Shown piece by piece: positions 7,502 through 11,480 of a stretch of 11,480 nucleotides of DNA. Each line of letters opens with the position of its first letter. Positions within the stretch are counted from its first letter, which is position 1. A program made the position numbers and the translations under genes. Source of the stretch: an uncultured Methanosarcinales archaeon (lineage in GTDB: Archaea; Nanobdellota; Nanobdellia; Woesearchaeales; JAGVZT01); assembly GCA_964419615.1 (NCBI GenBank), contig CAYQPU010000037.1, forward strand, positions 1-11,480, read 5' to 3'. The notes under the pieces are model-generated. The model worked only from the letters and a program-made list of their open reading frames with translations, ran no database searches and was not told the origin of the DNA.

Positions 7502-8068
7502 ATGCCACTTCCATCAAAAGAAGAACGAGTTTTAGAGCTGTTCTTTAATGAGCCCTCAAAACACTGGCACTTCAAATATATTGTGAAAACTGCAAAAATT
7601 AGTGAGCCAGCAGCAAACAAATGGCTAAAAAAATTCCTTAAGCAAAAATTGATAAAAAGGATAAAACCAAAAGGAAAGATGCCATATTTCCAAGGGGATT
7701 ATCCTCATGATAACTACTGCAATGCAAAGAAAATCTATGCACTAAACAAGATGCACAAATCTGGTCTTCTTACAGAACTTCAAAGTCTCAAAAAAGCAAA
7801 AACAGTAATAATTTTTGGAAGCTATATACGCTCTGATTGGCACACTGACAGTGATATAGATGTGTTTATTTATGGAGATCCAGAAATTACCTTTTTTGAA
7901 GGGTATTGGTCTGGTCTCGGATTCAAAGGTAGAGCTCGGAGGATTTCCGTGCATTCTTACCCAACACTTAAAAAAATTAGAGACATTCAATCAGGACTTA
8001 TGAAAAATGTTGTCAAAGGGTATTTTGTAAAAGGAAATATCTATGACATAGCTGATGTGGATGTATGA
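7502..8068 (+). CDS. Winged-helix + minimal nucleotidyltransferase (MntA-like antitoxin), 188 aa
   Basis: HTH-like N-terminus (WHFKYIVKTAKISEPAANKWLKKF) and the exact GS-x10-DxD motif (FGSYIRSDWHTDSDID). ATGA overlap with the next gene. Confidence 0.88.
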   Translation: MPLPSKEERVLELFFNEPSKHWHFKYIVKTAKISEPAANKWLKKFLKQKLIKRIKPKGKMPYFQGDYPHDNYCNAKKIYALNKMHKSGLLTELQSLKKAKTVIIFGSYIRSDWHTDSDIDVFIYGDPEITFFEGYWSGLGFKGRARRISVHSYPTLKKIRDIQSGLMKNVVKGYFVKGNIYDIADVDV

Positions 8069-8532
8069 AAAGAATAAAACCATTGGATGAAGTATACAAA
8101 CAATGTGTAAAACAAGGATTATTAATTAGTAAAAAAGAAGCAAATTATGATAAAGCTAAAACTCTGCAGGGATTAGCTAAATTTAATTATGAGTCTTCAC
8201 TAAAAATAACATTGATTCTTGAAAATAGTAAAAACTATGGAATGCTATGGAGCATTAATTATGAAATAATCAGACAACTAGTTCAGGGATTGTTAGTGTT
8301 TGATAATATCAAATCAAGAAATCACCAATGTCTATTGGCTTATATGTGCAAGAACTATAGAATATATGGAATTGACTGGAAAATAATTGAAACAATGCGA
8401 CAATTAAGAAATAAATCGCACTATGAAGGAAAATTAATTAATGTTGAATCTTGGAATGAATACAAACCAAAATTTAGTCAGTATATTAACCGTTTGATGG
8501 AATTATTGATTCAAAAGCTCAGCTCCTCTTAA
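8065..8532 (+). CDS. HEPN-domain protein (putative toxin partner), 155 aa
   Basis: Translationally coupled to the MNT gene; helical protein with NHxC and a C-terminal RxxRNxxHY motif resembling the HEPN R-x4-6-H signature. Confidence 0.78.
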   Translation: MKRIKPLDEVYKQCVKQGLLISKKEANYDKAKTLQGLAKFNYESSLKITLILENSKNYGMLWSINYEIIRQLVQGLLVFDNIKSRNHQCLLAYMCKNYRIYGIDWKIIETMRQLRNKSHYEGKLINVESWNEYKPKFSQYINRLMELLIQKLSSS

Positions 8533-9136
8533 TCTTCTTCTCTATCTCCTCAAAATTCCTAAACCTTTTCTCCCAATCCTTAAACTCTCGAGTATGATGA
8601 TAACTCCGACCATTCTTATGCTTAAACTTCAGCTTTTTATGAAGCAGCTCATGATAAAGCACATAATCAATCAACTCAAAATCATTAATCCTATTACTAA
8701 TAGTAACAGTATCATTAGCAAAAGAATAATGACCCAAAATCCTTTTACCAGTCTTTCCAAAAACCAAATTAGGCATCTCCATCATGCCATCAAAATACTC
8801 ATCATTAATCTTATCAAAACTCCTCTTAAGCATAGGATCAACATTTGTTTTTTCAACAGAAATATGCAAATTCTGAACAAAACGGTTATACAAATCCATA
8901 TTCAAAGTATTTCTCTTATCCTTAAACAAACTAACCATAATCTCTTGAATCAAACCAATCTTAATCTCATCATCAACATCTTCCCATTTTCTACTCATCC
9001 CAAATTCTAATCTATCTCCAGTCCTCCGACCATTTGCATTATAACCTTTAAACCTTCCAGTATACTTAACATCAACGTTATACTTAAACTCCTTATCAGG
9101 ATACAATCTCTCAAAAGCTTCTCTTACAAACAACAT
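8519..9136 (-). CDS. HExxH zinc metallopeptidase-like protein (YgjP/DUF45/SprT-like), ~205 aa
   Basis: YVLYHELLH followed by HHTREF, typical spacing of YgjP/SprT-like domains. Start at 9136 preferred over 9145 because a TATA box lies 23 nt upstream of it. Overlaps the convergent HEPN gene by 14 nt. Confidence 0.78.
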   Translation of the reverse strand: MLFVREAFERLYPDKEFKYNVDVKYTGRFKGYNANGRRTGDRLEFGMSRKWEDVDDEIKIGLIQEIMVSLFKDKRNTLNMDLYNRFVQNLHISVEKTNVDPMLKRSFDKINDEYFDGMMEMPNLVFGKTGKRILGHYSFANDTVTISNRINDFELIDYVLYHELLHKKLKFKHKNGRSYHHTREFKDWEKRFRNFEEIEKKIKRS

Positions 9137-9158
9137 AGAATTCATAACTCACTTTTCT

Positions 9159-9172
9159 TTTAATTAGTTTGT
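9159..9172 (-). promoter_or_regulatory. BRE + TATA box of the HExxH gene
   Basis: Minus strand ACAAACTAATTAAA; box edge 23 nt from ATG 9136. Confidence 0.45.
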
Positions 9173-9310
9173 GGTTAGAAACTAAACAAACAATTTGCTC
9201 TGCACAAAAGGCAAGATCAGCAACAAGTTAAACAATTCACGAGGTGCAGATTGGTGGAAGTTTTGCAAAAGTGATTATTATAGAGAATAAGTGTATCCTT
9301 CCAAATAAAA

Positions 9311-10411
9311 TTATTCATAAGTCTCATACCTAAGTATAGCTGCAATCTTGCCAATATCCTTTAACTGAACTCCCTCACGAGTCTCAACAGAAATAATCTC
9401 TAGCTTACTTCCAAATTCAATACATACTTCCTCAAACTCCTCAATCTTATCCTCGTTTACAATCTCAGAAATAAGCAACACATCAACTGCACCTAATTTC
9501 AAAGCTTTCATAACTTCAGCTTCTCCATAAGCAACTTTGGTTGGCTTTGTTGCTAAAAGTTCAAAAAACTTCTGCATAACAGCTTTTTCACTAGCAACCT
9601 CCTCATTTGCAAGCACATCCTGACTTCTGTCAAGCAATTCCTGCAAACCAGAAAGACCAGTATAGGTAATATCCTTGATAGCAATAATCTTTTTCTTAAC
9701 TTCATTTGTAATAAAATTACCGTCCACAAAATCATGCTTTGTTGGACCAGGACCGCCAATTATAATTCCCTTAACATTAGGATTATCCAAAAACTCATCC
9801 TTCATAAGCTCGCCAAGTCTTTTATAAAACTCCTTTGCAGCACCCTCTCTTAGTCGAGCAAATCTTTGAGCTGATTGACCACCAGCACGCGTCTTTCCAG
9901 GAACATTGGACTTTTTCTTAGACAAAGGAATAATACTCTTACCTTTAAGCAAAGCAACATTTCCCTCGCGTCGATCCATCACAACCAAACCATAAACCTC
10001 TTTTACCTCGAGCATATCTCGCAGCAAATCCAGTGCAAACTCTTTATCACATCTGTAAATTCGAGTATTCAAAGGCTCAGGAGGTTCAATACTAAAAACC
10101 TCAATATCCTGTTTACCCGCACGCTCAGAAACATTACCCGCAAAAACAGCTAGCCCATTATTTGGAGTTTTCTTAAACAATCTTAAATGCTGAATCATCC
10201 TCTCTAAAGAATCAGTAACATTCTTTCTTGTTCCAGCTGACTTAATATTAGAAGCAGTACCTTGTTCTTGCCCCAAATGACCAATAATCTTAACAAGCTC
10301 ATAACCAGCAGGAATATAAACTGACACAAGCTCTGTATGCCTACCTCTATAGTGCTCCAGATTCTTAATAAATTTCTTCAGCTCATGCTTTTGTTTTGAG
10401 TTTAATGCCAT
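9311..10411 (-). CDS. prf1: Peptide chain release factor aRF1, 366 aa
   Basis: TASNIKS, YRCDKEF (YxCxxxF), GGQ and the C-terminal IAAILRY motifs. Confidence 0.97.
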   Translation of the reverse strand: MALNSKQKHELKKFIKNLEHYRGRHTELVSVYIPAGYELVKIIGHLGQEQGTASNIKSAGTRKNVTDSLERMIQHLRLFKKTPNNGLAVFAGNVSERAGKQDIEVFSIEPPEPLNTRIYRCDKEFALDLLRDMLEVKEVYGLVVMDRREGNVALLKGKSIIPLSKKKSNVPGKTRAGGQSAQRFARLREGAAKEFYKRLGELMKDEFLDNPNVKGIIIGGPGPTKHDFVDGNFITNEVKKKIIAIKDITYTGLSGLQELLDRSQDVLANEEVASEKAVMQKFFELLATKPTKVAYGEAEVMKALKLGAVDVLLISEIVNEDKIEEFEEVCIEFGSKLEIISVETREGVQLKDIGKIAAILRYETYE

Positions 10412-10434
10412 ATTCTTGGTTAATTATTGATTGT

Positions 10435-10448
10435 TTTTAATAGTTTCT
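10435..10448 (-). promoter_or_regulatory. BRE + TATA box of aRF1
   Basis: Minus strand AGAAACTATTAAAA; box edge 24 nt from ATG 10411. Confidence 0.6.
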
Positions 10449-10464
10449 TATTGGTTTTTATTAT

Positions 10465-10630
10465 TAAATTTTGCCCGCCATGACACAGACGGTCAGCTTC
10501 GCTGCCCTACTCCTCTGACAAGAACCCTCCACTTCACGAGGAAATCCTTGATTTCCTGTGCCCAGAAAAACTTTGTTTTTCTTGGGTGTAGAGGAACCTT
10601 GTCAGTTCCGTCTGGTCAGGGTAAAATTTA
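10465..10630. ncRNA. Unidentified, highly structured non-coding element (ncRNA, folded ssDNA site or MITE); strand uncertain, minus slightly favoured
   Basis: Nested pairings by hand: 10465-10476/10619-10630, 10481-10484/10615-10618, 10486-10492/10608-10614, 10515-10522/10598-10605, 10526-10532/10588-10594, plus hairpins 10494-10504, 10535-10560 and 10561-10586. 78 G+C in 149 nt (10473-10621). Confidence 0.6.
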
Positions 10631-11428
10631 TCCCATGTTATCTAAAGGACTCTTAATATTCTTAATATCTTTATTAGCAACATGTGTATAAACTTGTGTT
10701 GTTTGCAGCTGCTTATGTCCAAGTAACTCCTGAATATACCTAATATCAACACCATCTTCTAGTAAATGTGTTGCAAAAGTGTGTCTTAAAGTATGACAAC
10801 TAGCTTTTTTCTTTATTCCAGTTTTCCTTAATGCAGCTTGAAAAACCTTTTGAACCGATTTAATAGTATATTTACCATTGCGACCCGCAAAAACATATTT
10901 TGGGTTACCAGTTAACCTAATATAACTCTCTAGATCCTGCTTGATATTTTCAGGCAACATAACATACCTCTCCTTGTTACCTTTGCCAGTTACCTTAACA
11001 AGATCTCTATCAAAATCAACATCTGCAACTTTCAAATTAACAATCTCTGACACTCTTAATCCCATACCATAAAGCACCTTTATTAACAATTGGTGCTTTG
11101 GATTGTGAATATTTGACAAAATCAGACTAATCTCCTTTCTAGACAATACTGTAGGCAACTTTTTCTCAAGTTTAGGTCTCTTAACACTAATTGGTTGCTT
11201 TTTAACCTCTGAAAAATAAAACTTAATAGCACTCAGAGCCAAATTAACAGTAACCCTGGAATAGCCTTTCTTTAGCATAGAGGCAATATACTCTTTAACA
11301 TCAACCTCAAGCTGAGGTTTGGTAGTATTAGCTAGAAAATCCTGTATATGATGCATATATGCTTTCTTGGTCTTTTCACTAAAGCCTCTATAATCCATTT
11401 CTAATTTAAGCCCATTAAGTTCGCCCAT
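10628..11428 (-). CDS. Tyrosine recombinase (Xer/integron-integrase-like, SAM-like N-terminus), 266 aa
   Basis: Complete catalytic set: GLRVSE (R), GKGNKER (K), HTLRH (HxxR), LLGH (H), QVYTH (Y). Ends in SPLD. No IntI-specific insertion between MLP and YVF. Confidence 0.93.
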   Translation of the reverse strand: MGELNGLKLEMDYRGFSEKTKKAYMHHIQDFLANTTKPQLEVDVKEYIASMLKKGYSRVTVNLALSAIKFYFSEVKKQPISVKRPKLEKKLPTVLSRKEISLILSNIHNPKHQLLIKVLYGMGLRVSEIVNLKVADVDFDRDLVKVTGKGNKERYVMLPENIKQDLESYIRLTGNPKYVFAGRNGKYTIKSVQKVFQAALRKTGIKKKASCHTLRHTFATHLLEDGVDIRYIQELLGHKQLQTTQVYTHVANKDIKNIKSPLDNMG

Positions 11429-11478
11429 AACTTCTTATTTCCACATTTGATATATAAATGTTTGCAAATAAGAAGTTA
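11428..11478. repeat. Perfect 13-bp inverted repeat enclosing a second 6-bp inverted repeat and the recombinase TATA box
   Basis: TAACTTCTTATTT (11428-11440) and AAATAAGAAGTTA (11466-11478); inner ACATTT (11443-11448)-N7-AAATGT (11456-11461). Confidence 0.8.
11451..11465 (-). promoter_or_regulatory. BRE + TATA box of the recombinase gene
   Basis: Minus strand GCAAACATTTATATA; box edge 23 nt from ATG 11428. Confidence 0.65.
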
Positions 11479-11480
11479 AA

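Noticed and set aside
7742-9010. ORFs 7742..7990 (-) and 8594..9010 (+, 138 aa)
   Set aside because: Antisense to well-supported genes; the low-complexity I/L/N/Q composition is what mirrored codons of an AT-rich gene produce.
9553-10153. ORFs 9553..9759 (-) and 9875..10153 (+)
   Set aside because: Nested within aRF1; no independent signals.
10465-10630. Identification as SRP RNA, RNase P RNA, 5S rRNA, tRNA or hammerhead ribozyme
   Set aside because: No CAGG-GNRA-AGCA helix 8; GAGGAAATCC resembles RNase P CR-I but has no downstream P4 partner; no 5S loop C, T-loop or CUGANGA core.
10431-10691. 86-aa ORF spanning the structured element
   Set aside because: Overlaps the aRF1 promoter and the recombinase 3' end, has no protein motif, and stop-poor GC-rich sequence explains its length.
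10628-11428. Calling the recombinase a true integron integrase (intI)
   Set aside because: The IntI-specific insertion is absent and no attC array is visible in the window.
1-11480. Stop-codon reassignment suggested by the aRF1 context
   Set aside because: TAA, TAG and TGA all terminate conserved genes at the expected C-termini, and the aRF1 recognition motifs are canonical.
1-11480. A dedicated translation-rescue or proteolysis cluster (pth2, aRF1, HEPN, three peptidases)
   Set aside because: The genes have separate promoters and mixed orientations over 10 kb; co-location is expected in a small genome.
1-11480. CRISPR array, tRNA or rRNA genes, transposase
   Set aside because: No regularly spaced repeats, cloverleaf or rRNA signatures, or transposase motifs were seen.

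Overview
AT-rich, compact archaeal chromosomal segment. The archaeal call rests on aRF1, Pth2, BRE/TATA promoters and GGTGA-type Shine-Dalgarno sites. A DPANN lineage such as Woesearchaeota is an inference from the short aRF1, HTH-MNT/HEPN genes and orphan genes. About 15 genes are supported: a bacterial-type signal peptidase II (lspA) coupled to pth2, a solo HTH-nucleotidyltransferase, an arginase-family hydrolase, three orphan proteins, a large metallophosphoesterase fusion, an M29 aminopeptidase, an HTH-MNT/HEPN toxin-antitoxin pair, a HExxH metallopeptidase, aRF1 and a tyrosine recombinase. The most striking unexplained signal is the recombinase locus. A ~165-nt, ~52% GC, almost fully self-pairing branched element begins at its stop codon, and a perfect 13-bp inverted repeat with loxP-like arms encloses its TATA box and touches its start codon. 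No tRNA, rRNA or CRISPR array was seen. All calls come from motif reading and hand counting, with no database searches.
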